Part shown: positions 12,354-26,300 of the stretch, in pieces
Layout of the letters: every line of letters begins with the position of its first letter
How positions within the stretch are numbered: the first letter of the stretch is position 1
Assembly: GCA_951406725.2 (NCBI GenBank)
Contig: OX597817.1
Span: 112,096,001-112,160,000 of the forward strand
Direction of reading: 5' to 3'
Length of the DNA stretch: 64,000 bases
Source: Octopus vulgaris
Taxonomy: Eukaryota
The notes under the pieces: generated by a model
The model's input: only the letters and a program-made list of their open reading frames with translations
The model's database searches: none
Told to the model about the DNA's origin: nothing
Made by a program: the position numbers and the translations under genes

Positions 12354-15093
12354 ATGTTGTTGGCATCCTTTTTGTCTCGGGAGACAATGGAGTTGCGCAT
12401 AAAGTAGTCTAGTCCGGCTTTTACATTTCATGTCCTGATACATTTCCTGCTGTGGCTGTGTAGTCCTATCCTGGACAAACACTCCCTCTGGCAGGTACCG
12501 CAAATGTAGCGAAGACTGTTCCTGGCTGGTTGTAATGCCATAGTTTCTTGTTGACGTCTTTTCTTGTCTTTCCATTTCTCCTCTCTCTCTCTCTCTGTCA
12601 CTCCTTTGTATTCCCTCTTTTACGGTACGTCGCCAGTCTCCACGGTTGCCGGCAACTGCCTCCCAACCGCTAATATTGTGTTCCAGGCCTTCATGTCCCT
12701 TTTGCAAACATCCTTGTAACGTAAGAACGGTCTACCCCTAGACCTAGTACCCCTAGCAAGCTCTCCGTAGAGTATGTCCTTGGGGATTCTGCCATCTTTC
12801 ATACGGCTAACATGCCCAAGCCATCTCATACGTCTTTGTGTGAGGAGTGCAAACATGCTTGGTATTCCTGCTTGCTTGAGGACATCTTTGTTGGGGATAT
12901 GATTCTGCCATTTGATGCGGAGGATTTTCCGGAGGCAGCGCAGGTGAAAGATGTTTGGGCGACGCTCTTGGCGTGTGTATAGCATCCAAGTCTCACTTCC
13001 ATACAGTAGAGTGCTAAGTACACATGCCTGGTAGATCTTCATTTTCGTGGTCTTGGTCAGCTTATTGTTGTCCCAAGCCCGTTTGGAGAGTTGGGCCATC
13101 GCAGCAGCTGCCTTGCCAATGCGTATATTGAGCTCAGTGTCAAGGGGTAGGTTGTAGGTGATGGTAGAGCCAAGATAGGTAAACTTCTCCACCTCTTGTA
13201 ATCTGTGGTCTCCAATATGTATGTTTGGGATGTCCAATGTAGCCTGACCCATGATGTTGGTCTTCTTAAGGCTGATAGCTAAGCCAAAGTCATTACATGC
13301 TTGCTCAAAACAGTTAATGAGCCTTTGGAGGGCTTCTTCTGTGTGGCAGAGCGGCATCATCAGCAAATAACATCTCGTTGATCAGGACGTTTCTGATTTT
13401 GGTCTTGGCACGCAGGCGCGAAAGATTGAATAGTTTCCTGTCACTTCTACTGTGCAGAAACACTCCATCATCTGATGTCTGAAAGGCATGTGAGAGTAAG
13501 AGCGAGAAGAAGATGCCAAACAATGTAGGAGCGAAGACACAACCTTGCTTTACTCCGTTTTTTATTTGGAAGGCGGCTGATGTTGAACCGTTGTGCTGTA
13601 TGGTGCTTTGCATGTCATCATGGAAAGACTTGATGATCCTCAGCAGCTTTGGTGGACATCCGATTTTTTGGAGCAGGATGAAGAGGCCTGTTCTGCTTAC
13701 CAAGTCAAAGGCCTTTGTTAAATCAATGAAGGCCATATATAATGGCATTTTCTGCTCTCTGGACTTCTCCTGAAGTTGGCGTATGGAGAATATCATATCG
13801 ATAGTTGATCTGCTTCTTCTAAAGCCACACTGTGATTCCGGATAGATTTGAGAAGCAAGTAGTTGTAGCCTGGCCAGGATAACGCGGGCAAAGGTCTTTC
13901 CAACAGTGCTTAGAAGAGATATTCCATGGTAATTGTTACAATCACCACGGTCACCTTTGTTTTTGTAAAGCGTAATGACGTTAGCATCCCGCATATCCTG
14001 AGGGACTGTACCCTCTTCCCAGCACTGACACAGAAGCTCATGAAGGTGCCGAAGCAGGATGGTGTTTTTGCCAGCTTTGATGATCTCTGAGGGGATGCCG
14101 TCTTTTCCCGGAGCCTTGTTTCTTGGTGAGCTCTGCTATAGATGGTGGACTGTCAAGTTCGCACATGACTGGCAAGATCTTGACACTCTTGACTGCAGCC
14201 TCAGCCACTGTAGTCTCCCGTGAGTAGAGATCCTGGTAGTGCTCCACCCATCTATCCATTTGCTTGCTTTGATCCCTGATGAGATCTCCAGTAGTTGATT
14301 TCAGAGGGGCTGACTTGGTTGCAGATGGACCGAGGGCCTTCTTCAAGCTGGCATACATCCCACGGGTGTCGCCCCTGTCAGCAGCTGACTGGATACTCTG
14401 ACAGATTTCCTGCCAATACCTATTTGCACAGCATCTGGCTGTCAGTTGGGTTTTATTTCGTGCCTTTCTGAGTTCTTCGAGTGACTTTGTAGAAGAGTCA
14501 CTCTTGTATTGCATCAGAGCTGCATGCTTTGCTTCGACAACTGGCTCCAGCTCTGAGAGCCCAGCATCTGGGTTTTGCCTTTCTCTCATGCCGAAAGTAT
14601 CTATTTTAATGCTCGCGTGGGATCTGACCATGATTCGTGGCCCATTTGTGTTGGACACATTGGTATTGGCAACATGAATGACAATGGTCAGAGACTACTC
14701 GAATTCTGCACATACCATAACCTGTGCATCACAAACACATTCTTTACCAACAAGCCATCCCACAAGGCATCTTGGAGACATCCAAGATCTCACCACTGGC
14801 ATCAGCTGGATCTCATCATTACACGGAGATCCTTTCTGAATTCTACTCTATTGACCTGCAGTTACCACAGCGCGGATTGTGACACAGACCACTCACTAAT
14901 TAGAAGTAGGGTGAGGATTCTGCCTAAAAAAGTTCATCGCTCCAAGAAAGTGGGCCGACCATGCATTAACACTGCCAGAACCTCGGACCCTACACTGCAA
15001 AAATGTTTTGCTGCTTCTATCAAGGTTGGCCTCAGTAGCTGCCCAACCTCCTCTGCTGAAAGTAGGTGGAACTATATCAGGGAAGCTTTGTAT
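12354..15093 (-). mobile_element. RTE-clade LINE (frameshifted ORF) with inverted 5' endonuclease segment (about 14603-15093 on +)
   Basis: Minus ORFs carry YHGISLLS, FIDLTKAFD, GVKQGC, LFADD and FTYLGS, plus a 3' hairpin ttgtctc-cc-gagacaa. The plus strand reads FNARVG...NDNGQRLL...HQLDLI...DTDH (APE domain). Confidence 0.93.
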
Positions 15094-15167
15094 ATGACAT
15101 ATATATTATATATATATACATATTATATATATTATATATATACATATTATACATTTGTAGATTATAT

Positions 15168-15802
15168 CATCATCATCATCGTTTAACATCCGCTTTCCAT
15201 GTTGTCATGGGTTGGACAGTTCGACTGAGGACTGGTGATCCAGATTGCTGCTCCAATCTGATCTGGCAGAGTTTCCACAGCTGGATGCCCTTCCTAACGT
15301 TAACCGCTCTGAGAGAGTAGTTGGTGGTTTTACATGCCACCGGTACGATGGCCAGTCAGGCGGTACTGGCAACGGCCACACACAAATGGTATTTTTATTT
15401 GTCACCTGCATAGGAGCCAGTCCAGCGGCACTGGCAACACCCTTGCTCGAATGTTGTTTTTCATGTACCACAAGCACAGGTGCCAGTAAGGCGATGCTGG
15501 TAACGATGATGCTCGAATGGTGCTTTTTACATGCCACCAGCACGAGGGCCAGTCAGTGACCCTGGCAACGATCATGCTCGGATTGTGCTCTTAGCGCTCC
15601 ACTAGCACGGGTGCCAGACATGCGGTGCTGTCATCGAATTTGATTTCAAATTCACTTGCCTCAACAAGTCTTCGCAAGCAGAGTTTAGTGTCCAATGAAG
15701 GAAAGGTATGCCTAAGTGGGCTGGTTACATCACTGGTATTGGCCACGGGTTATGGTCTCACTTGGCTTGCCAGGTCTTCTCAAGCACAGCATATTTCCAA
15801 CA
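15168..15802 (-). mobile_element. 3' end of an (ATG)n-tailed RTE-type LINE family with tandem GC-rich 3'UTR repeats
   Basis: (cat)n-cgtttaacatccgctttccatg... is homologous to 34905-35420; repeated ggcactggcaacg...gccagtc units. Confidence 0.75.
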
Positions 15803-15821
15803 CTAGCGCCCCTAAGAGTTA

Positions 15822-16160
15822 TATTCTCTGGGAATGCACAAAAGCCCTTTTCAGAGTTATTTACTTTGAATTGTTATTATCTCATATCCAATTCACCTGT
15901 TATTATGTAACATGTTTTACAACTTTGGTATACATACCTTATTGGTATTTCCTCCGAAGTTCTATATACTCTGGGAATGCATTAGAGCCCTTTTCAGAAT
16001 TCTCACTACTGGGTAACTAATTTCATGTTATTACGTAACTGACTTCATGATTTGAGTATTCATAACTTATTGGGATTTCCTAAAACAAGATCCTATGTAA
16101 GACAGTTCGGTATTCTCTGTAAGTGCACAAAAACTGTTTTAAGGGCTACATACTTTGTAT
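15822..16160 (+). repeat. Degenerate tandem repeat of about 140-145 bp (about 2.5 copies)
   Basis: tattctctgggaatgcacaaaagcccttttcag-like unit recurs at about 15822, 15966 and 16111. Confidence 0.55.
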
Positions 16161-16417
16161 TGTTGTTATTAGATTAGCGAAACAGTTATGAGAATGGAAC
16201 CAAGGAGTACGCTCTGGTTTTCTGGGAATTACCAGGTATGTCAGCTAGTTGTATGTATCTATGTATGTATGTATGTATGCATGTATGTATGCATGCATGC
16301 ATCCATCCATCCATCCAGATATATATATATATAAATAATTACAAATTAATAAGTAATAATTTTACCAAGTAGTTCGGTATGTTAAAAGATCCATTATCGG
16401 TAAACTTAAACAAAAAT

Positions 16418-16639
16418 TTTTTATAATTATGAGTATAATTATAATTAGGGTTCAGCAAAAAATTTGCTTCACTACATACCGAAATTTAGAAATATCAGTT
16501 AAAACTAGCTATTTCTCTACTGGGGATTTTCTTATGGTAGAGAAATAGCTAGTTTTAACTGCTATTTCTAAATTTCGGTATGTGGTGAAGCAAATATTTT
16601 GCTGAACCCTAATTATAATTATACTCATAATTATAAAAA
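16418..16639. repeat. Near-perfect palindrome: arms of about 103 bp, 16-bp spacer
   Basis: 16418-16520 (ttataattatgagtata...atttctctac) is the reverse complement of 16537-16639 with only a few mismatches. Confidence 0.92.
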
Positions 16640-19600
16640 TTAATATATATATATATATATACAGCTGAGTGTATATAATAAGATAAAATAAATTAAAGGG
16701 AATAGGAGGACCAGAATAGTAATAGTTGTATATAAATCAGTGATCATTAGGCAAATGTTTAATTTCGGAAGGGTGTAATGAAAGTGAGAATAGTTTTGAA
16801 GATTGTTGATACTCTGTTGATGGAAATTTGTCTAATTGCTTGGATGATCTCAGTTGGCTAAGTTTTCCATCACTCAATGTGAGATCTGCATTACAAAAGG
16901 AAAGTTTTATATTCCCTTTATTTCAGAAAAATATTCACATAACAAAATTTTTAGTGCAACAAGATATCTATTTTTCTGAATTGCTGAAAATTTCTAATAG
17001 TGAAGTTGAATATCATTTGTTATTATTACTATCATTATTATCATTATAATAATTATTTCTAATATAGGTATAAAGCTACAGATTTGTTGAGAAGGTGCAA
17101 ATGGTTAATCTTTATCTTGTATTTTATATAATCTACAAAGTTTCCTCAAGTATGGACTAAGTAGGTTTATCTCTCTGTCTTAGCTACTTTTTCTACTTTT
17201 ATCTTCTGACTGTTTATTCATTTACAATGTGCAACACCCATACCATTAGTATTGGCTAATTTGTGGTATTGCATTGTTAATGTTTCTGATAGTGTACCTT
17301 AGATGCTCTTTTATTGCTGATGAAACAGCACATTTTGCCTAAATGATTTAATGCAGTTGTTGGTTTTTGGCTGTTTCTCAGTACAGGTGCTGCTTCCATG
17401 AAATGTACTGATTGTAACTTCACCTCTTGTGCCTGCTTTGAGATTTTCGTTTATTCTTTTTCTCTGTTATAAAATATGAGTATTTTTCTGATACTTACCA
17501 ACTTTCAAGGCTCATAGTACTATATATGATATCTTAGTCTTATAACCTTCAAGCATGCTCATCTAAGCTCTTTCTTTCAGGTGTTCAGGCTAATTTATGC
17601 AGAAATTCACTTGAATGCTATTTCCTTAAAAATCTTTAACAAATGATTTAAGTACAGGTTCTAAAGAGACAGATGTTATCATGTGTTTATTAATGTTCTG
17701 TTTATAGTTCTCTAGCTCTTTTCCCCATTGTTAATTTTCTGCTCAGCAAATTGCTCAGCTACAGTAATGCTATAATGTGTATGTTTATGCATTCATATTA
17801 ACATGATGTAACAAGAATATATGCATGTATCTGTGTGTGTGGGGGTGGATTTGGTACCTGCTTCAGAGGAAAATATATTGACACAGCTAAGCATGATTGT
17901 CATAAAGAAATGGTTCTGTTTTTAGACTAATGAAATTTCCCCAGTTTGAATAGTACTGAAAAATTAATCTTTTCATGGCTTAAAACAATAATGTTGCAGG
18001 TCACATCTTCACTGTTTGTAGTTCATCAAAAACAAATCAGCTACCACCCATGGCTGGAAATTACAAACAAGTCAAGTGAAATGACACAACCAGAAATAAA
18101 ACATATATTTCATACACAATCTGCCAGAAGTTTACTATCAGTGTTTATTTTTCTTCTTGTAAGATTGAAATATTCCTGTTGCAATTAAAACAAAATTCAT
18201 CTTAATTTTTATCCAACATTTTATCATTTTTGTAATGCAGTTTAAGTGCATTTGACATTCAAATTATCATTGTAGATTAATGTCAACAGTTTTACCAGGG
18301 ATTTTTTGTTGCAATATCAGTGATTTTTGTTTTCTGAATGGTTTACTGAAAGAGGACCATTTATAAGGCTTCTGTGACTGTTAGAAGGAATGGAAGAAAT
18401 TACCTTCTGATTAGAGATCTAGCTTGGATGCTTGTAGTGGAATGGACTCCATTATAAGCACCCAAGGATTAGGTGACGGTGTTAAAGCAGATGACATCTA
18501 CTAATTAAGGATAGTAACAATCCCTCCAATAAGTTTCCATTGAATACCTGTCCCCAAATTTTTACTCACATGGCTTTGCATAGTGGGACCTGTTACAATC
18601 CCATATTGTTGTGAAGTGAACTTTTTACTCTCACACAAGCGTCTTTCAGTTTTTGTTACCAAATCTAATTACAAGGATTTGTTTGGCCCCTGGCTGTAGT
18701 AGAAGACAGTTGCTGTTCAGTGGAGATTGAACCAAAAATCATGTGTTTAGAAAGCAAACTTCTTAACCACAAAGCCATTTCTGTGCCTTCAACAATCATT
18801 AGTCATATTTTAATGCAACCTGTATTTGTGAGTTGATATATTACATGTATGTATATCATCACAACCACCATCATATTTCTGTTTTTATATATTGAGCTAG
18901 TTCGTCACACTTCTTTTAATGCTGGCTTTCACTAATTCCCAAGACTTTCATGGTTTAACCTATACTTACAGTTACCTTCTACCAACAACTCATTAACTCT
19001 TTTGGTTACCCAGCCAATTGCTTTCTCAAGTAGCTTCTTGAGTTTAGTTGGTTGAGTAGTAGTTGACTGTGTTGTTAAGATACTAACATGTGTTGTAAAT
19101 TTGACTTCAGAAGTGCAAATAAAAAGAAAATGATAAAAAGAGGAAGTGAGAAATTTAAAAAGCAAAATGTTTGTGTGAAAAGTATTCTAGTATGGAGGAT
19201 ATTTTTATTTTATGAAATGTCAATCAGCAGTGTGCTGATATGAATATTTAAATGCAATTTATAATTGTAAACTAATTATAAATATTAAAGTTACAGAAGC
19301 AAATTCTAAGTGTGTAACAAAGAAAGAAAAACAACAAACAAGAAACAAAACAAAGCAAGTCACTGACATGATCTGGATATAATTCCAATCTTGTTACAAA
19401 ATAGTATATCTTATATAATATTTTTTTTAAATCCTCAGTGAAATTATATTCTCTTCAAGAAAAAAATATTTATGAGTACAACAACAACATTTCTTATAAG
19501 AAATGTTGATTGATTTATCTATTTTTCAGTGAAACCCTTGGTGAATAGTGTATAATGTTTGTTTTAGGATATTTATTTTCACCATGGGTTATGTATTTTT

Positions 19601-20159
19601 GCCAAATAAGTTAGTTTGCTTTTATACTACATTACAGTCTAATCCTTGACTGTTTGCATAATTATTTGATTTTGCTCTTTTTGACAGTTTTGAAAAAAAT
19701 AAAATAAAAATGAGTCATTAACAATCCTAAAATCTAACAAACCTAACAAAACCTCTGAACCTTACAAAAAACAAAAAAAAAACAAAAAGAAAAACACCAA
19801 AACACCACACATTAGAAATCATTCTTCACAACACTAATTCTGCTTTCTAGCTGGTAATGTGGATTCAGTGTACCTTTCTATCTTCCTTCAATATTGGCAA
19901 CACATTTAACTTTATTCCTCACATCCCACACATAAACCAAACATAAAAACACTTCTATATGAAACGATTTAAAATGATAGCCAACTACCTCTATGTAGAG
20001 TACAGAAGCAAGACATCTAAAATGGTCCATGATAAGAATCTGTGCTCTCATCTACTCTTTTTAACTTATAAGAAACCAGCTTTGCCAACCTGGTTCTTTT
20101 CACTCCATAAGCATATCACTAAACAGAAGAAAAGAAAACAACCAGGATTCCCTCAGTAA

Positions 20160-21330
20160 TCGTGAGTGAACAAGGAGGAGCTCAACACCTAATCTTGTCC
20201 ATGCTGGTTGTCAAGAGCTGTAGCACAAAGGTCGTGCACAGTCAGTCATTTTATCTGGCTAGGTTTGGAGTCCACTTGTTCAGGACTTCCTAGAGTGGGT
20301 TGCAAGTGCTATTCAGAGCTGGCAGTGATCAATGGTGTTCTTGAGACTGACCGTTAGTTTGCTTAGGAACATAGCCTAAACTGGGTTATTAGTTCCATCC
20401 AAGTCTAAATATGAGGATAACTCTATTGGCCAACAAGTACTGTAGGGCAGAGATGAAAAGAATTTTGGGGAGAGAGTTCAAGAGACTGTGAAACTGCCCT
20501 GGTGTAAATAGGTAGGACCCTTCACTGAAATTACAGGAGACTGGTTCTCTTAAATTTGAGGTCTTGGAATGTTTGGTGCCAGGTGTTTTTAGGCCAGCTC
20601 TTTGTTTCATTTTCTTGCTTTCAATGCCCATGTCATTATAGTCTTTATATCCAGGATAGTTAGTAGGTACAAAATGTCACCGGTCAGTAAAATTTATGCA
20701 GCACTATGATGTTTTGCAGTAGCTAGGACTTTGCATAAGGATTTCCTCATTTGTAATTCAATCTCATCATGTGACATCGAGTATTCCACAACCTGCTGTT
20801 CTGATGAAGATGGATGATTGAGTTGTGGAATTAATCTGTATCACTTAATTCTGATCCTGATCTTTTCTGCTTTTTTTTTTTTAAGTTTGGTAATTCTTGC
20901 ACCTCTGCTCTTGTTTCCACTAGTAGTGCAATATTATCAACAAGAACAGACGGAGCAAGAGGATGCAGTCCTGATGGCCGCTAGTTAATGATGCTAAAGT
21001 TTTCAATATGGCTAACATCTGCCTTCACACGACATACGGATTCTTGATGTTGTTGAGGTACTATTGGATGATGCCATAAATTCAGGTGACTTTACATACT
21101 GATTCTTCATGGATGTTGTTGAAAATCCTTTAGAAGTTTACAAAGTTGACTGATAGATCTTTTAGAAGTTCAGGAAATTAACTGATAGGGCCTGCCAGAA
21201 TATCATTAGTCTCTTCAAACAAGTCAGGCTTGGGGTTAAAGTGGAGGTATGATATATTTGAAACAATGGATGCATTAGTTTGACTAACTACTAATGTGCA
21301 TTGGCTTGTTCCATAAGGTATGACTTTGGA
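20160..21330 (-). pseudogene. Highly decayed RTE-like LINE RT fragment
   Basis: Minus-strand traces TSGHQDCILLLRLF (compare SGVRQGCILSPxLF) and ITNEEIL-like sequence; many stops. Confidence 0.4.
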
Positions 21331-21493
21331 TTAAACAATAGCAATTAAGAGAAGCTATTAGTCTGGTTTTTGAAGAGAAATATACAAAATTAATGACTCG
21401 TTCCTTACCTAGTCACAAAACATAATCAGAAAGTGAAAATGAAATTGTGTATTTAAAAAAAAAATATATTAATAATAAAAGTTTGTAACATAT

Positions 21494-21860
21494 AGGTGCA
21501 AGCATGGCTGTTGATTCAGAAATTTACTTTTCAACTCTGTGTTTTTAAGTTCAGTCCCACTGCATGGCATGTTTTCTACAACAGCCCTGAGCTAATCAAT
21601 ACTTTGTTAGTGGAACTGGTTGTTGGAAACTGAATTGTAGCCTGTCATATATGAGTGTATGTGCATGTGTTTGTATGTTTGCTCATGAAATCAAATGAGT
21701 GAAAGTGGTAGCATTATGTTGACAATTCCCTGTCAACAAATCACCCATATTGCTCTGTATTTACTTGAAAAACAGGTGTGGGTTAGTAAGAAGGGCATCT
21801 GGCTGTAAAATAATTCTTCAGTAGTATGTTTTTGTCCAACCAATGCTAGCATGGTAAAAT
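21494..21860 (+). mobile_element. Old SINE with family-A head and RTE-derived tail
   Basis: Head ggtgcaagcatggctg...agttcagtcccactgcatggca. Tail aagggcatctggctgtaaaa...gtccaaccaatgctagcatgg matches 35891-35997. Confidence 0.6.
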
Positions 21861-23332
21861 GAAAAAGTCACATATATTTTAATAATAGACTGACTCAGTT
21901 CCAACTGATTTAAAGTTTCAGGGTTCCTAGCTTCTGATAAGATGGATGTGTCCTATACATCCTTGAAACTTCTAGGCATGGTGCCCTGAGTCAAACTGTT
22001 AAAAATATATCCAGTATTGAGTTAATACTTTGAAGAGGTTTGTCTTTAGTTACCAAAATCTTAGAATTTTATCACTTTTATTATCTCATTTATTGATATT
22101 TTTGTGGTTACTCTATTGTAATGGAACATAAAGATAATTAATTGATTTTATTAGGTGTATGTTGTATATCTTAAATTATTAAGCACTCTATCCTGTTTGA
22201 TATGCATAAAAGCTATCCAAAGATTTTATACTAATCTGTTGAATATGACCTGTCTGTTTCAACAGAATTACCTAATAAAATTTTTCTGCTATTTCATTAT
22301 TTTTAAAAATTCTGTTGAAGCCTAGTTCTTTACTTTAAGTTGACAAGAGGATATGCTGATCAAGAATATTTATTACATCTTGCCTACAAAATGAAAATGT
22401 GACTTAATACTGTTAAAACCAATGATAGTTTACTTCTTTTTTACTGTGATCATTTTTTAAAATATATTTATTTTAGCATCATTGTCAGCTCATTCACTGC
22501 TACATATATCTTTTGAGGCTCCACTTGTAAAGATGTATTTTGATATACCTCAGTATATTTTGCTGAGTTGGATATTGTTGTAAATTTTTGAAATTGTTTA
22601 TTATTTGTGCTAATGGTTGTTGGAACATAGTTTCCCATACCATCATATTGTGATGAGTTTTCTTTCATAACTGCATATAATATTTCTTGCTGGTACTTCT
22701 ACTTCATAATTCTTTTATTACAGGTGGTTAAAGATTACAGCATCAAATACTTTCTGTGTACATACCTTTGACATTGTCAATGAGTCTAATGATATTCTTT
22801 ACACCTCTTCCTTTCCCCCTTTTCTTTACTTTTCTGTGCTCTCTTTTTTGTACAGGGTTATAGTTTTTTTTTGTGCATCTATGGAATCCTTAATAATGAT
22901 GGCTGCAAAGACTTTATTTTTTTTTGACAGTACTTTTTGAGTTTTTCACTAAACTTCTCAACTTTAAAAAAAAATAAAAATTTGAAAGTAAAATGTATTC
23001 TATCCTCTCCCCGCCTCCTCCCACGAGCTTTAACAAATAGTGCAATCTGTTATTTAACACAATCTAGTAACAACCAAATATATGCAGATGACATATTCAG
23101 AATGCAGTGAATATCAGTACAGAATATGATTAAAATCATAATTATATTTTTTCTCATAATCAAATATATATACATATACATATAAATTATGTAAAGTTGA
23201 AGCATTTTATTAAAGGGACATTGTTTAACATTTATGAGTAACACTATTTAAGTAAATATTCTTCACACTTCTAAGATTATTAAAATTTTTAGTTTGCAAT
23301 ATATTCAGAGAAAATACATTTATCAATAAGAA

Positions 23333-23398
<66 letters not shown>

Positions 23399-26300
23399 TA
23401 CTAATACTAAATACTGTTGATCACTTAAGTTTTTTTTTGATAAATATCAAAAAGTCATATAGCTTATGACTTTATTGAAATGGGTCTTTATGAAAAATTT
23501 CAGCTTAGTGCAGAATTATGGTTTAGCGCTTGCAATACATTGATTTCATAGGAAATAAACCCTCAAAATAGCTATGTAGTCGTATTATTATTTTGTAATC
23601 TATGCTAAGAATATAATTCAATTGTATTCATATTTAATGCAATAATAATTTGAATTCTGCAAAGCACAATTTTTCAACAAATGATATAGGAGAATGGGGT
23701 GAATGATAGAAAAATCTAATATTCATTATTATTATTTTTTTTTTTTTATTGTATGTTGACTATCAGTTATATATAAATTTCTGAGAAAGATGAGGTTGTT
23801 CTAAATAGCCATTTCTAACATTTATTATATACTTCTTGAAAATATATAAATAAAATTATATTAGTGTTAATATATTTAATGCAAGAAGCATTAAAAAATT
23901 AATAATAAATGTGCAGTGAGGCCAGAAAATAAAAATACTTTAATTTTGTTTCCCAGTATCTGTGGGAGACAACTTTACATATGTTTTGTTTTTATCTCAT
24001 CAGCAAATCATTTGCCTTCACAGTGATGAAAAAAATAATAAATATGTATATGAAATGTGCGTGAGTTGGTGTAGGATGTCCCAAATGCTTTCTTTTATTT
24101 CTTTTTTATTTATTTTTTTAGCAGCAATAATCACGAAGTTCTAGAATTAGAATTATGATGCAAAATGTTTCTTTTTGCATTTATGATTTTTGTTTAATAA
24201 TAATCTGTAATATTCAACTGACATGATTGTCTGAATACAAATTTGGTAGAAAAATAACAAGGTTATTTAAATGTAGGAACAAACTTTCAAACTGAGCTTT
24301 GAGTCCTTGTTGAAAGCAATTCTATTTACTGTTAATGCTTTTTGAAAAACACGAGTGTTTCAATTTCTTGTTTCTTACCTCCAACAACCTCTGTTGATAT
24401 AAGGAATAATTTTAGGAAATAAATTTGATTTATAAATATTTTAAAATATTTCACTCAACACTTTCACTTGAAGTATTGCTGTTTTGTATTTGTCATAAGT
24501 TGACAGTTGCATTTTAAGTATTAGATCTTATCTCTTAACCCTTTGTCTATTCAAAGCATTTTTATAAGGATGTCTCAGATGCCTATGCTTGCTTTCAGAC
24601 TTTTTGTTTGCCCTATTTTCTTATGTTTTGAGTAATATAAAGCTATACTCTCCTAAGTCCTAGGTTACTTTGGTGATTGAAAAATATTGGGAATGTGTAT
24701 CATACATAGTTCATGGATGCCAAAGAAATATGTACCAAGTATCATATGTGATACACATGTGAGGCGAAGGATTAAATATTTTTTCTTACTTCAGTACTTT
24801 TTATATGGAGAGGGAAATTTATAGAGTATTGTTATATTTCTTTCTTGAATTTTATATTTATCATATATATTTCAGAGTTTCATCGAACTTCTAAAATATA
24901 AATTTATCCTTTACTAAATGTTTGTGCATGCTGATGCATAAAATAAAATATTTGCAAGATTGTTACTTAAACTACAAAGATAATACAAGAATATCAATCA
25001 ATGTTTACACATTTGGCAATAATAAGAATCTTGTTATTGTTGGATTATTTTGGGGTGGGAGAAATTTATGCATTTCATTCTCTAATGGTATAACTTAATT
25101 TTCTTTTTGTTTTGCTTATTGACCATTTAATATGGTATACAAGTGTGGGTTAGTTAATTGAAATTGTTTTATTCCTATGAACATTAGTGTTTCAAAGTAT
25201 TTTTTTATGTCACTTTAAGTATCTGTTCAAGCTGAATTAATCATCCTTTTGCTATTTTTAAATTTGTTTTTATAGACAGTATACAATAATCAATTTTTCC
25301 GTCCGTCCGTCCGCGTACGCGCGCGTGCGTGAGTGAGAGAGAGAGAGGGGTGTGTTCTTTGAAATATCTTAAAGGACTGTGGGTATCAGATATGATAGAA
25401 GTTCTTATTTACAAACAAACTCTCAATTTTATGAAGAGACTGAAATAAAACAATTGTAAAATGCTATTTTTCTTAAATTTTCAATAATTTTTATTTCATT
25501 AATTTCAAATTTAATCTTTCAGTATTTGAGATAATTTTAGAAATGAAATATTTTGGAATATATACATGTCCACTATGCTTTGATTAGTTTGATCTCTGAA
25601 TTTCAACCTGGAACGATGTACACATAGACACACCTGTTAAGAATTGGAGATAAAGGCAATTTGAATATAGTGTAGCTATAAATATTAAAAGTGGTTTTAA
25701 TTTCTGGAAATGAGGTTAATAGTCTTAAGGAATTATGATCTTGTTAATTTTAGTTTAATAAATAATTGTAGTGGAAAAATAATTTGCTTTCCCTCACTAA
25801 TGTTTATATCTGCTGAAACCTCACACTATTCCAGATCGTAAAGTTTAATTTTGAGCAATGCAGGCAATTTCAGGCAAATTAGTAACATAGAGTCATGTGT
25901 TTCCAGCAAGATAATATTGAATATTGCAGCAGAATATAGAATTTTTTTCTTTTTTATTATTATTATTAAGAGTAAGATATTGTTTTGCTTTGCTGTATTT
26001 GAAATACACTTAAATTCTAATTTCAAAGTATAAGTTCTTAGAAAAATAGGTTTTCAATACAAACAATTATGTCTAATACAGTTACAGAGTGAAGAAATAA
26101 TTGGCTTGATTATAACTGATATTCTATTTTTGTGTAAAAGTATTCAACTCTTTTAATTTAATTTAATTTGTAAACAGTTTCATTGTTTTATCTGGTAATC
26201 CTTCTCCCTTTTAATTTACTGGAAAAAGTTACCATTAAAATTGCTCAGCATAACACTATTATCAGGATAGATATAGAATTATGTTTTAACCAAGAGGTCA

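Noticed and set aside
11205-13773. Plus-strand and alternative-frame ORFs overlapping the RTE elements
   Set aside because: Shadow ORFs of GC-richer LINE coding sequence with no independent motifs.
15330-15620. GC-rich repeated units with variable spacers, superficially CRISPR-like
   Set aside because: Degenerate tandem repeats in a LINE 3'UTR, also present at 35090-35240 and 35710-35860. Eukaryotic context with no cas genes.
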